This document shows positions 48,677 to 57,504 of a stretch of 64,000 bases of DNA, piece after piece (within the stretch, counting starts at the first letter, position 1; every line of letters begins with the position of its first letter). The stretch covers positions 954-64,953 of the forward strand of contig CASFCI010000008.1 of the NCBI GenBank assembly GCA_949293175.1. Reading direction: 5' to 3'. The notes under the pieces are model-generated. The model did no database searches, was not told where the DNA came from, and saw only the letters and a list, made by a program, of their open reading frames with translations. Both the position numbers and the translations under genes were made by a program. This stretch comes from an uncultured bacterium (GTDB lineage Bacteria; Bacillota_I; Bacilli_A; RFN20; CAG-826).

Positions 48677-50212
48677 ATGGCGCTGCTAGAACTACAGGAA
48701 ATAGAATTCAATTATTCGGATAAGGAGCTGTATCGCAAGGTCAGCTTGCAGCTGAATAGCGGCGAGCACGCCTGCCTGGTCGGGGTAAACGGATCAGGCA
48801 AGAGCACCCTGCTTTCGATAATCGTCGGCGAGCTGCGCCCCGACAAGGGCAAGGTGACCTGGCAGCCCCACGTCAGCTATTCCTACCTCGACCAGCAGCT
48901 GAAGGTCGAGCAGGACATGGCGACCAACGACTACCTCTATGGCGTCTACGCCGACCTATTCGCCAAAGAGAAGCAGATGGAGCAGCTCTACGAGAAGGCC
49001 GCCTATGCCGAGCCCGGCTACGAGAAGCTGCTAGATAAGGCCGAACGGCTTGGCAACGAGCTGACGGATAAGGGCTTCTACTCACTTCAGGAGAAGGTCG
49101 GCAGATTAACCGATGGCCTAGGCTTCGACAAGGACATGCTCTCGCGCCCGCTTTCGAAGCTCAGCTCCGGGCAAAGGGAGAAGGCCTACCTCGCCAAGAT
49201 GCTGCTGCAGGAGAAGGACGTGCTCATCATGGACGAGCCGACCAACTTCCTAGATCAGGGACAGGTGGCTTGGCTTGCCAATTACCTAAACGACTACCCC
49301 AACGCATTCCTCGTAGTGAGCCACGACGAGGAGTTCCTCCGCAAGATCGCCAAGGTAGTATTCTGCCTCGAGAACAAGACATTGACCCGCTACAAAGGGG
49401 ATTTTGAGCATTACCTTGTCCAGCACGAGCTCGACAAGGAACAATACCAGAAGAACTATCTCGCCCAGCAGCGCTACATCAAGAAGGAAGAGGACTTCAT
49501 CGCCGCCCACATCGTGAGGGCCACCTCGGCTAAGGCCGCGAAGAGCCACCGGGCCCGACTCGCCCACCTCGAGGTGTTAGATGCCCCAGGCAAGGACGAG
49601 GGCAACGTGCATTTCGCCTTCCCCTTCACCCACGACGTCGGGATCAAGCCGCTACAAGTTGAGGAGCTTGAGATCGGCTATAACGGCGTGCCCCTGCTTC
49701 CGCCGATATCGTTCATCCTCAACAAAGGGGAGAAGATAGCGATATTGGGCCAGAACGGGGTTGGCAAAACCACTTTCCTCAAGACCATAATGGGAAAGCT
49801 CAAAGCCATATCCGGTTCGTATAAATGGCTTGAAGGCATCGACATAAACTACTTCGACCAGGACGAGAAGATCGACCTGAACATGACGCCTTTCGAATAC
49901 GTCAGGGCCCACTATCCCGATCTGGACAACACCAAGGTCAGGACGGCCCTGGCGGCGGTTGGGGTCAAGAAGGAATTGGCCCTTAGGAAGATGAAGGAGC
50001 TATCCGGCGGTGAGATGACCAAGGCGAGGTTCGCGGTCATGACGCTGCGCAAATCCAACTTCCTGATCTTCGACGAGCCGACCAACCACCTCGATCAAAA
50101 AGCGAAAGACTCGCTTTTCGAGGCCATCGAGAACTATCCCGGCGCGGTCATAATCGTAAGCCACGAGAAGGACTTCTACGACGGGCTGGTCGACTACGAG
50201 CTCAACTTCTAG
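48677..50212 (+). CDS. ABC-F family ATPase
   Basis: Two NBDs (GVNGSGKST/DEPTNFLD and GQNGVGKTT/LSGGE/DEPTNHLD), no TM segments. Confidence 0.95.
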   Translation: MALLELQEIEFNYSDKELYRKVSLQLNSGEHACLVGVNGSGKSTLLSIIVGELRPDKGKVTWQPHVSYSYLDQQLKVEQDMATNDYLYGVYADLFAKEKQMEQLYEKAAYAEPGYEKLLDKAERLGNELTDKGFYSLQEKVGRLTDGLGFDKDMLSRPLSKLSSGQREKAYLAKMLLQEKDVLIMDEPTNFLDQGQVAWLANYLNDYPNAFLVVSHDEEFLRKIAKVVFCLENKTLTRYKGDFEHYLVQHELDKEQYQKNYLAQQRYIKKEEDFIAAHIVRATSAKAAKSHRARLAHLEVLDAPGKDEGNVHFAFPFTHDVGIKPLQVEELEIGYNGVPLLPPISFILNKGEKIAILGQNGVGKTTFLKTIMGKLKAISGSYKWLEGIDINYFDQDEKIDLNMTPFEYVRAHYPDLDNTKVRTALAAVGVKKELALRKMKELSGGEMTKARFAVMTLRKSNFLIFDEPTNHLDQKAKDSLFEAIENYPGAVIIVSHEKDFYDGLVDYELNF

Positions 50213-50757
50213 CCTATCGGCTCGGCCGCTTTGAAGCCGAAGAGGTACATGAATATCTTGAAGCCCATGGCACGGCGATAGTAGTCGTAGGCCGCGACGT
50301 CGGCGTTGTATAAGGCGACGGTCGTCCTGAAGAACCGCTCGAGGTCGGCGAAGGCGTTCTGCGAGTAGCGGAACTCCTCCGACTTGGTGGCCCATTTGTT
50401 CGACAGCGCCAAATACGAGAGGGCGGATTTGGCCCCGATTATCAGCGTGGCGTTGTACATGATTAGCCCCACCGCCTTCTTGTCGGAGCTCACCTGATTG
50501 AGGGCGGCCACCGTGTCGGCCTCCTGCTTCGAGTAGGTGACCGAGGCGGATTTGAAGATCGAGTCAATGGAAAGCAAGGTCGAGGCCATCTCCAGCTGTA
50601 TCAAGGAAAGCATCTCCCTCTTCCGCGACAGCGACCTCCGGAAATCAAGCGCCTTGGAAGTCACGTAGAAAAGGACTGCCAGATAGCAGAAAACCACGCA
50701 GGCCGCGATGAGCAGTATTACTTGATACGCTTGCATGGACGAGACTAAGGCTGGCAT
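50209..50757 (-). CDS. LemA-like membrane-anchored protein
   Basis: N-terminal TM, helical body, YNADVAAYD...LFGFK C-terminal pattern. Confidence 0.55.
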   Translation of the reverse strand: MPALVSSMQAYQVILLIAACVVFCYLAVLFYVTSKALDFRRSLSRKREMLSLIQLEMASTLLSIDSIFKSASVTYSKQEADTVAALNQVSSDKKAVGLIMYNATLIIGAKSALSYLALSNKWATKSEEFRYSQNAFADLERFFRTTVALYNADVAAYDYYRRAMGFKIFMYLFGFKAAEPIG

Positions 50758-50858
50758 AGGCGAAATTGTATTTCATTGGATGAGTTTTTCAACAAAAAGT
50801 GGTGAATTTGCAAGGCAAACTCTATTTATTTTATAATTGCCTCGAATGGGGAACGACG

Positions 50859-51698
50859 ATGAATAAGAAGCCTATCTGCGCAATACTCTACGATTTCGAC
50901 TCGACTTTGGCCATCACCGACATGCAGAACTTCGGCTTCATCCCGGCCATGGGGATGACCCCCGCGGAATTTTGGGGGAGAACGACGAAATTCTCGGAGG
51001 AATCCGGTTGTGAGAAAATCCTTTCCTACCTTTACACCATGATCGACGTGGCAAAGGAGAAAAACATCAAACTTACGCGCGAATTCCTGCAATCCTGCGG
51101 CAAACCGATCAAATTCTTCCCCGGCGTCTCCACCTGGTTCGAGCGGATCAACCGCTATGGCGAGGAGCATGGGGTCCGGGTCGAGCATTACCTGGTGAGC
51201 TCCGGCAATAAGGAGATAGTCGAAGGCTGCCAGATCGCGAAGGAATTCAAGATCATGTATGGCTGCGAGTACGTATACGACAAAGTCACCGGCGAGGCCA
51301 TCTGGCCGAAGCTCGCCATCAACTACACCCAGAAGACGCAGTACTTCTTCCGCATCAGCAAAGGCGTATACGACGCGACCGACGACGTCGGGGTCAACGA
51401 GAAGCGCCCGACCCGGCGGATACCTTATTCCAATATCATCTACATAGGCGACGGGATGACCGACATCCCCTCGATGATCATCGTCAAGAACAACGGGGGC
51501 AAGTCCATCGCCGTCTACCCCAAGGGCAAGGAGGACAAGGTCGCCAACCTGTTCGAGGATGAGCGCGTCAACTACGCCTGCCCCGCCGACTACTCCTCGG
51601 GGAAGATGCTCGAGAAGATACTCCAGCTCGTCATAGAGAACATCGCCATCAACGAAAGCCTCCGCTCCCACGAGAAGGAAAAGCTCTACGACGATTAA
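50859..51698 (+). CDS. HAD-superfamily hydrolase
   Basis: YDFDSTL, VSSG, KTQ, YIGDGMTD. Confidence 0.88.
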   Translation: MNKKPICAILYDFDSTLAITDMQNFGFIPAMGMTPAEFWGRTTKFSEESGCEKILSYLYTMIDVAKEKNIKLTREFLQSCGKPIKFFPGVSTWFERINRYGEEHGVRVEHYLVSSGNKEIVEGCQIAKEFKIMYGCEYVYDKVTGEAIWPKLAINYTQKTQYFFRISKGVYDATDDVGVNEKRPTRRIPYSNIIYIGDGMTDIPSMIIVKNNGGKSIAVYPKGKEDKVANLFEDERVNYACPADYSSGKMLEKILQLVIENIAINESLRSHEKEKLYDD

Positions 51699-51738
51699 GT
51701 AAAACCTTTTCGGCCGATTTGGTTTACAATATTTGCCT

Positions 51739-52413
51739 ATGGCAAAGAAAGCGTTCGCCATATTGCCTTTGGGCGGTTCGGGGCAGAGATTCGGCTCCGA
51801 TAAGCCCAAGCAGCTGATCCCATTCAATGGGAAGCCGCTTTTCCGCTACGCCTTCGACGCCTTGGCCCACTCCGAGCTTATATCGACCATCGTCTTGCCC
51901 TGCCTTGAGGGGACGGTAGACGAGGTCGCCAGGTCGATAAACGGCTTTGATAACGGAAAGGACATCCTCTTCGTCAAAGGCGGGGATACCCGCTTCGAAT
52001 CGGTGCGCAACGGCGTGATGGCGCTGCCGGATGGAGGCTATGTCCTGATCTGCGATGGCGACCGCCCGTTCCTCAACGAGGACCTCATCGCGGATTGCCT
52101 TAGCCAAGCCAAGCTAACCGGCGGGGCCATCGCCGCCATACCCAGCTCCGACTCGCTACTTCAGATAGGCGAGGCGCCCCACTACGTCGACCGCAATTCA
52201 ATCATGCGGGTGCAGACGCCGCAGTGCTTCGACCTAGCCAAGCTAAAGGATGCCTACGCCAAAGCGGATGGGCGAAATTATTCAGACGAGGGATCGCTAT
52301 TCATGGCCGCCGGCTATAAGCTTTCGGTGTCGAAAGGCGACATCCGGAACATAAAGGTGGACACGCCCGCGCACGCCGCGCTATTCTTCGCCTTGGGAGA
52401 GAAAGATGAATAA
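51739..52413 (+). CDS. IspD/TarI-family cytidylyltransferase
   Basis: GGSGQRF...PKQ, GGDTRFESV.NG, DGDRP, VQTPQ, NIKV.TP. Confidence 0.88.
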   Translation: MAKKAFAILPLGGSGQRFGSDKPKQLIPFNGKPLFRYAFDALAHSELISTIVLPCLEGTVDEVARSINGFDNGKDILFVKGGDTRFESVRNGVMALPDGGYVLICDGDRPFLNEDLIADCLSQAKLTGGAIAAIPSSDSLLQIGEAPHYVDRNSIMRVQTPQCFDLAKLKDAYAKADGRNYSDEGSLFMAAGYKLSVSKGDIRNIKVDTPAHAALFFALGEKDE

Positions 52414-52786
52414 GCTTCCAAAAGTCGGGGAGACATACATCGGGACCGTGGTCTCGGTCTATACCTCCTATGCCATAATGCTATTCGATGAGGGCTGGAC
52501 CGGGCTATTGCACATAAGCGAGGTCTCAACCTCATACATCAGGTCATTCGCTTCCTACATCACCATCGGAAGCATCTATAATGTGAAGGTCATCGCCGTA
52601 GACGAGAACTCTGGCCAGGTCAGGGTGTCGCTCAAGCAGATGACCAACTCCGAGAGGAGGAAGTCGTTCCGCCACTGCCCTGTGGACAGTCAGGACATCG
52701 ACTTCGCCCCGCTTGCGAAGATGCTCCCGCTTTGGATCGCGGAGGAAAACGAAGGAAAGGAAACAAAAGCAAATGATCAAGACTGA
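52406..52786 (+). CDS. S1-domain RNA-binding protein (GSP13/YugI-like)
   Basis: GTVVSV...TGLLHISEVS...VKVIAVD....V.VSLK. Confidence 0.88.
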   Translation: MNKLPKVGETYIGTVVSVYTSYAIMLFDEGWTGLLHISEVSTSYIRSFASYITIGSIYNVKVIAVDENSGQVRVSLKQMTNSERRKSFRHCPVDSQDIDFAPLAKMLPLWIAEENEGKETKANDQD

Positions 52787-54047
52787 TCTTAGCCACCTGC
52801 AGCTCAAGGAAACCGTCGAGAGCTACGCCGAGAAAGTGAAGTCGATCAACAAGATGATCGATGAGAAGACCGGGGAAGGGAACGACTTCCTAGGCTGGGC
52901 CGATTACCCGTACACCTACGACAAAGAGGAATTCGCCCGCATCAAGAAGGACGCCGAGTACATCAGGAACAACTTCGACATCCTCGTCGTCTGCGGAATC
53001 GGCGGATCCTATCTTGGCGCCAGGGCGGCCATCGATGCCCTAAACGGCATCCACCCGACCAACAAGGTCGAGATAATCTACATGGGCCAGACCTTCGCCG
53101 CGAGCTACGTCAAGCAGGTCCTCGATTACCTAAAGGGCAAGAAGTTCGCCATCAACGTCATCTCGAAGTCCGGCACCACCACCGAGACCGCCGTCGCCTT
53201 CCGGCTGCTGCGCGAGCTGCTCGAGAGCCAGGTTGGCAAGGAAGAAGCCGCCAAGGCCATCTTCGCCACCACCGACAAGGAAAAGGGCGCCCTGCTCGAG
53301 CTGTGCAAGAAATACGGCTATGAGCGCTATGTCCTCCCCGATGACGTCGGAGGCCGCTACTCGGTCTTCACCGCGGTCGGACTGCTCCCGATGGCCGTCG
53401 CCGGCATCGACATCGACGCCTTCATGGAGGGCGCCAAACAGGAGAAGGACGAGCTCGACAACGGCGAGATCAACGAAGCCTACAAGTACGCCGTCGCCCG
53501 CCACATCCTCTACAAGTCCGGCTACGCGGTCGAGATGTTCGTGACCTATGAGCCGCGCTTCGTCCAGCTGGGCGAATGGTGGAAGCAGCTCTTCGGCGAG
53601 TCCGAGGGCAAGGACGGGACCGGCCTATTGCCAGATTCCGCCACCTTCACCACTGACCTCCACTCGCTGGGGCAGTTCATCCAGCAGGGCTCAAAGGTCC
53701 TGTTCGAGTCGATCCTAAACATAGTCCACCCCGAAGAGGACGTCGCCATCCCCGGCGACCCGGACAACCTCGATGGCCTAAACTACCTCGAGGGCAAGAC
53801 GCTCGACTACGTTTCCAAGAAGGCGATGGAGGGCACCATCGACGCCCACGTCAACTCGGGCAAAGTCCCCAACATCGTCGTCGACGTCGAGAAGATGGAC
53901 GCCAAGCACCTGGGCGCGATAATGTACTTCTACATGAGGGCCTGCGCCATGTCGGCCTACCTCAATAAGATCAACCCGTTCAACCAGCCGGGCGTCGAGA
54001 TCTACAAGAAGAACATGTTCCACCTCCTTGGCAAGCCAGGGTATTGA
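52773..54047 (+). CDS. pgi: Glucose-6-phosphate isomerase
   Basis: GIGGSYLG, SKSGTTTE, VGGRYSV, QLFGESEGK, PFNQPGVE. Confidence 0.97.
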   Translation: MIKTDLSHLQLKETVESYAEKVKSINKMIDEKTGEGNDFLGWADYPYTYDKEEFARIKKDAEYIRNNFDILVVCGIGGSYLGARAAIDALNGIHPTNKVEIIYMGQTFAASYVKQVLDYLKGKKFAINVISKSGTTTETAVAFRLLRELLESQVGKEEAAKAIFATTDKEKGALLELCKKYGYERYVLPDDVGGRYSVFTAVGLLPMAVAGIDIDAFMEGAKQEKDELDNGEINEAYKYAVARHILYKSGYAVEMFVTYEPRFVQLGEWWKQLFGESEGKDGTGLLPDSATFTTDLHSLGQFIQQGSKVLFESILNIVHPEEDVAIPGDPDNLDGLNYLEGKTLDYVSKKAMEGTIDAHVNSGKVPNIVVDVEKMDAKHLGAIMYFYMRACAMSAYLNKINPFNQPGVEIYKKNMFHLLGKPGY

Positions 54048-54174
54048 TAAGAGGCCGGGAAACCGGCCTTTTCTTTTCGCCGATACATAAAAAAGCCATT
54101 GGCCTAAGGGCCAACTTGGCTATTGCTTCCTTGATTTAGTGTGATATATTTATCAAGCGCGTTTTGTGACCCGC

Positions 54175-54249
54175 GGATGCTTAGCTCAGCGGGAGAGCAT
54201 CGCCCTTACAAGGCGGGGGTCGCAGGTTCGAACCCTGCAGCATCCACCA
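54175..54249 (+). tRNA. tRNA-Val (TAC)
   Basis: Cloverleaf, anticodon loop CTTACAA, CCA. Confidence 0.95.
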
Positions 54250-54275
54250 CATTCGGGCAGCGCGCAAGACAACGT

Positions 54276-54359
54276 GGGTGAATAGCGAAGTGGCCAAACG
54301 CGGCTGACTGTAAATCAGCTCCTTCGGGTTCGGTGGTTCAAATCCATCTTCACCCACCA
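54276..54359 (+). tRNA. tRNA-Tyr (GTA)
   Basis: Anticodon loop CTGTAAA, long variable arm, CCA. Confidence 0.95.
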
Positions 54360-54370
54360 TTTCTTTATCT

Positions 54371-54445
54371 TGGGGTGTAGCCAAGCGGTAAGGCAAGGGA
54401 CTTTGACTCCCTCATACGCTGGTCCGATCCCAGCCACCCCAGCCA
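54371..54445 (+). tRNA. tRNA-Gln (TTG)
   Basis: Anticodon loop CTTTGAC, atypical T-loop TCCGATC, CCA. Confidence 0.92.
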
Positions 54446-54450
54446 ACAGC

Positions 54451-54525
54451 CCTCCGTTAGCTCAGTGGTAGAGCACTTGACTTTTAATCAAGGGGTCGTG
54501 AGTTCGAGCCTCACACGGGGGACCA
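54451..54525 (+). tRNA. tRNA-Lys (TTT)
   Basis: Anticodon loop CTTTTAA, TTCGAGC, CCA. Confidence 0.95.
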
Positions 54526-54624
54526 TCGGAATATAACTTGCCCCGATTCGCTTAAGCGGATCGGGTTTTTCTTTGTCCTTATCCGATTTACCTACGTAGG
54601 CGATTGTGATAAATTCTTCCTGCT

Positions 54625-54710
54625 GCCCGAGTGGCGGAATGGTAGACGCAAGGGACTTAAAATCCCTCGGGGGCGACTCCATACCGGTTCGAGTCCGGTC
54701 TCGGGCACCA
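54625..54710 (+). tRNA. tRNA-Leu (TAA)
   Basis: Anticodon loop CTTAAAA, variable arm, CCA. Confidence 0.95.
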
Positions 54711-54974
54711 TAATGCAACAGGCCTGATGCTTAGTGGCATTCAGGCTTTTCTTTTTATTGCCGCGATAATCCAAAATCTTTTCTGATTTCCGATGCTTGC
54801 CCAGCGCGAGGCGGCTAGGTCGCACGCAATCCACCTTATTGGATTGGGCGCTATAGGAGGTTGGAAAAAGCAGCATTTATCCCTTCTTTCTCTTAAACTG
54901 CGCATATATTTCTAAACCCCGTTGACAATTTATGGTGCTAAGCGACAATCAAGCATTGGAAATGGAGACCCTTA

Positions 54975-57350
54975 ATGAATAAGAAAAACGTAGCCTTCGC
55001 TCTTGCGGCGTTATCGCTTGCACTCGTTTCTTGCAACCATCACTCTGATGGTTCCGCTTCGTCATCCGTGGAAACCGACCTAAGCTCAAACTCATCCTCC
55101 GACCAATCATCCACCCTGCCGGCGGAAGACCACAATCCGCTTAAGCAAGCCGCCTATGACTTCATATCCACCGCCAGCAAATCGGTGAACTACACATACG
55201 GATTAAAAGGCGAAGGGGGCGCGATCGTCTCCAAGGCCATAGTCACCCCGGATTACATCGCCTATCCCGAATCTGGCTCGGCCACGGTCGCCCTACCTTC
55301 CTACACCGGGGAGGGAAAAATCCTATATTCGGCCGAGAAAGTCGATGGGGCCTACGGAATTACCTCCGCCTTGACCTACACCGATCCGACGACTGGCGAG
55401 GTAAGCAGCTACGCCTCCATTTCCGAGCTGGATTATCTGGATCTGCTGCTCCGCTATGGGCTAAGCGCCGACTCGTTCACCTACCAAAGCGGGTATCTGC
55501 TAGTCGAGGACGCCAACCTCGTGACCATCTTGGCCACGATGTTTGGACTTTCCTCGTACGTCGATTACATCATGCGGATTTCCATTAGCTACGACCAGAC
55601 CGCGGGCAAGATGGAAGTCGGGTTCGTCTCGAACTTCAAAGACGATGGATCCGCCACGCAGATATTGGATGCGACCATCGGGGTCATAACCGGGGTCGGC
55701 ACCTCGGTCGATGAGGAGGTTGAGGGATTCGTCTACAACTACGCCCTGCCCGGGGATTCCTTGCCGGAATCTGCCTTGGGTTATCTAGATGCCGATCAAA
55801 TCACCTACAAAGCCGAGCTGAAGCTGTTCCTGGATGGCAACCTCTATTCGGATCTTTCCGACATGACGATGAGCATCGACTACGCATCCAAAAAGGCCAA
55901 GATCGTCGACCGCCTGACCGGGTATGAGGACACCAGCTATTACCTTACCGATGAGAGCGGCGTCGTCTACGAGACCTACATCGGGCCGGATGATAAGCTG
56001 AAGGAATCGACCACCGATACTTCGTTTGCCGACTTCGCCCCATCGCTCGCCCCGCTTATCGACCGCGAGGCGTTCCTGCAGACAGGCGAGAACACCTATT
56101 CGTATTTCGGCTATCTATACGACCACCTCGTCAAAGGGCTGACCCGTTACGAGGCCGGAATGGGCGTCGTCACCTCCATGACCGCCAAAACCGATGGCCA
56201 AGGCCGGCTAACCGAGATAACCGCCAGGTCGCGCGATGTATTGCTCATCGGGACCGGCACCTTCCATTACGAGATGAAGCTGACCTTCATGGACTATGAG
56301 CAGATCGGCGACATCGACGTATACAAAGACGAAGAGGACGTTACCATCAAAAACGCCTTCGCCCACTTCAATTCCGCCGACGGATACGAGCTGACCGCGT
56401 ATCGGGTCGATCAGCCATCCTTGACCAAGAAGGTCACCGTGATGGGCAACCTCGCCCTTTACGACACCGTCTCGATCGACCAGACCCCGGGTTCGGGAAA
56501 CGAGCAGATCCACATCTACGATGGATACGCGTTCCACGAAGGCGGGGTCGCCCCATTCAAAGTCGGTGAGGACGGCAAGGCCGCCTATTACGATGAGCCG
56601 GAAACCGGGTTCGCCTCAATCGACGATTTCCTGACCTATGACGATCTCGATCCAAAGGCCTTCTACCTAGACGGGGACACCATCAAGGCGCGCCCCGGCG
56701 TCAAAGGGCTGGCGGACACCCTGTTCTATGGGCCGAACGGCGATTTGATGATCGAGGGCAGCCTGCGCTTCAACCTAGACGTCAATTCCGGGACCATCGT
56801 CTCCTATGCCTACGACACCGACGGGCTTGGTGAGGAGGTAGTCGAGGTCTCCTACCGCGGGGTCAGCTTCCCATCGAATATCGACTTCTCCTCCCTCAAC
56901 AGCGTCTTCGTGCCGCCCGCAACCTGGAGAGAAGGCGTGCCCAACGTATACGAGGCCCTATGCGCGATAAGCTGGGTCGGCGAGGAATACGCCGATGAGG
57001 TCCCCTTCCTCTACGATGCCGTCTTAAACGATTACTGGTATCCGGGCAACTACGCCCCCGAAGACGGGATCCGTCCGTATATCGAGCTGAACATCGTCAA
57101 CAATTACTTCCTGACCGGGAACCAGTATAACGTCGACTACATGAACGACTACATCGACCTGTTGCTGGAAAAGGGCTTCACGGTTGGGGTTACCGAAGGG
57201 GTCGATCCCAACGTCTATTCCCCCTATGCGCGCTATGGGAAGGAAGGGCTGCCATTCGTGATCCAGGTCAATTCGCTTGGAGCCAACGGGATGCCGCAGA
57301 TATCGATAAAAGACGCGCTCTACTTCCCCTTCATCCCGCAAGGCGAATAA
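54975..57350 (+). CDS. Large acidic lipoprotein of unknown function
   Basis: Lipobox LVSC, Ser-rich linker, beta-rich body. Confidence 0.85.
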   Translation: MNKKNVAFALAALSLALVSCNHHSDGSASSSVETDLSSNSSSDQSSTLPAEDHNPLKQAAYDFISTASKSVNYTYGLKGEGGAIVSKAIVTPDYIAYPESGSATVALPSYTGEGKILYSAEKVDGAYGITSALTYTDPTTGEVSSYASISELDYLDLLLRYGLSADSFTYQSGYLLVEDANLVTILATMFGLSSYVDYIMRISISYDQTAGKMEVGFVSNFKDDGSATQILDATIGVITGVGTSVDEEVEGFVYNYALPGDSLPESALGYLDADQITYKAELKLFLDGNLYSDLSDMTMSIDYASKKAKIVDRLTGYEDTSYYLTDESGVVYETYIGPDDKLKESTTDTSFADFAPSLAPLIDREAFLQTGENTYSYFGYLYDHLVKGLTRYEAGMGVVTSMTAKTDGQGRLTEITARSRDVLLIGTGTFHYEMKLTFMDYEQIGDIDVYKDEEDVTIKNAFAHFNSADGYELTAYRVDQPSLTKKVTVMGNLALYDTVSIDQTPGSGNEQIHIYDGYAFHEGGVAPFKVGEDGKAAYYDEPETGFASIDDFLTYDDLDPKAFYLDGDTIKARPGVKGLADTLFYGPNGDLMIEGSLRFNLDVNSGTIVSYAYDTDGLGEEVVEVSYRGVSFPSNIDFSSLNSVFVPPATWREGVPNVYEALCAISWVGEEYADEVPFLYDAVLNDYWYPGNYAPEDGIRPYIELNIVNNYFLTGNQYNVDYMNDYIDLLLEKGFTVGVTEGVDPNVYSPYARYGKEGLPFVIQVNSLGANGMPQISIKDALYFPFIPQGE

Positions 57351-57504
57351 GCGAATCGCCACTATCCAAAAGGAGGTTTTCGCGCCTCCTTTTTTCGTAG
57401 AAAAGTCAGCAAAATTCTGAAACTTTTCATCGATTTCCTATTGCAAACGTTTGTCCCTAGCCTAATATGCCATCATCATCCCCGTTGGAACTTGGGAGGG
57501 CCTT

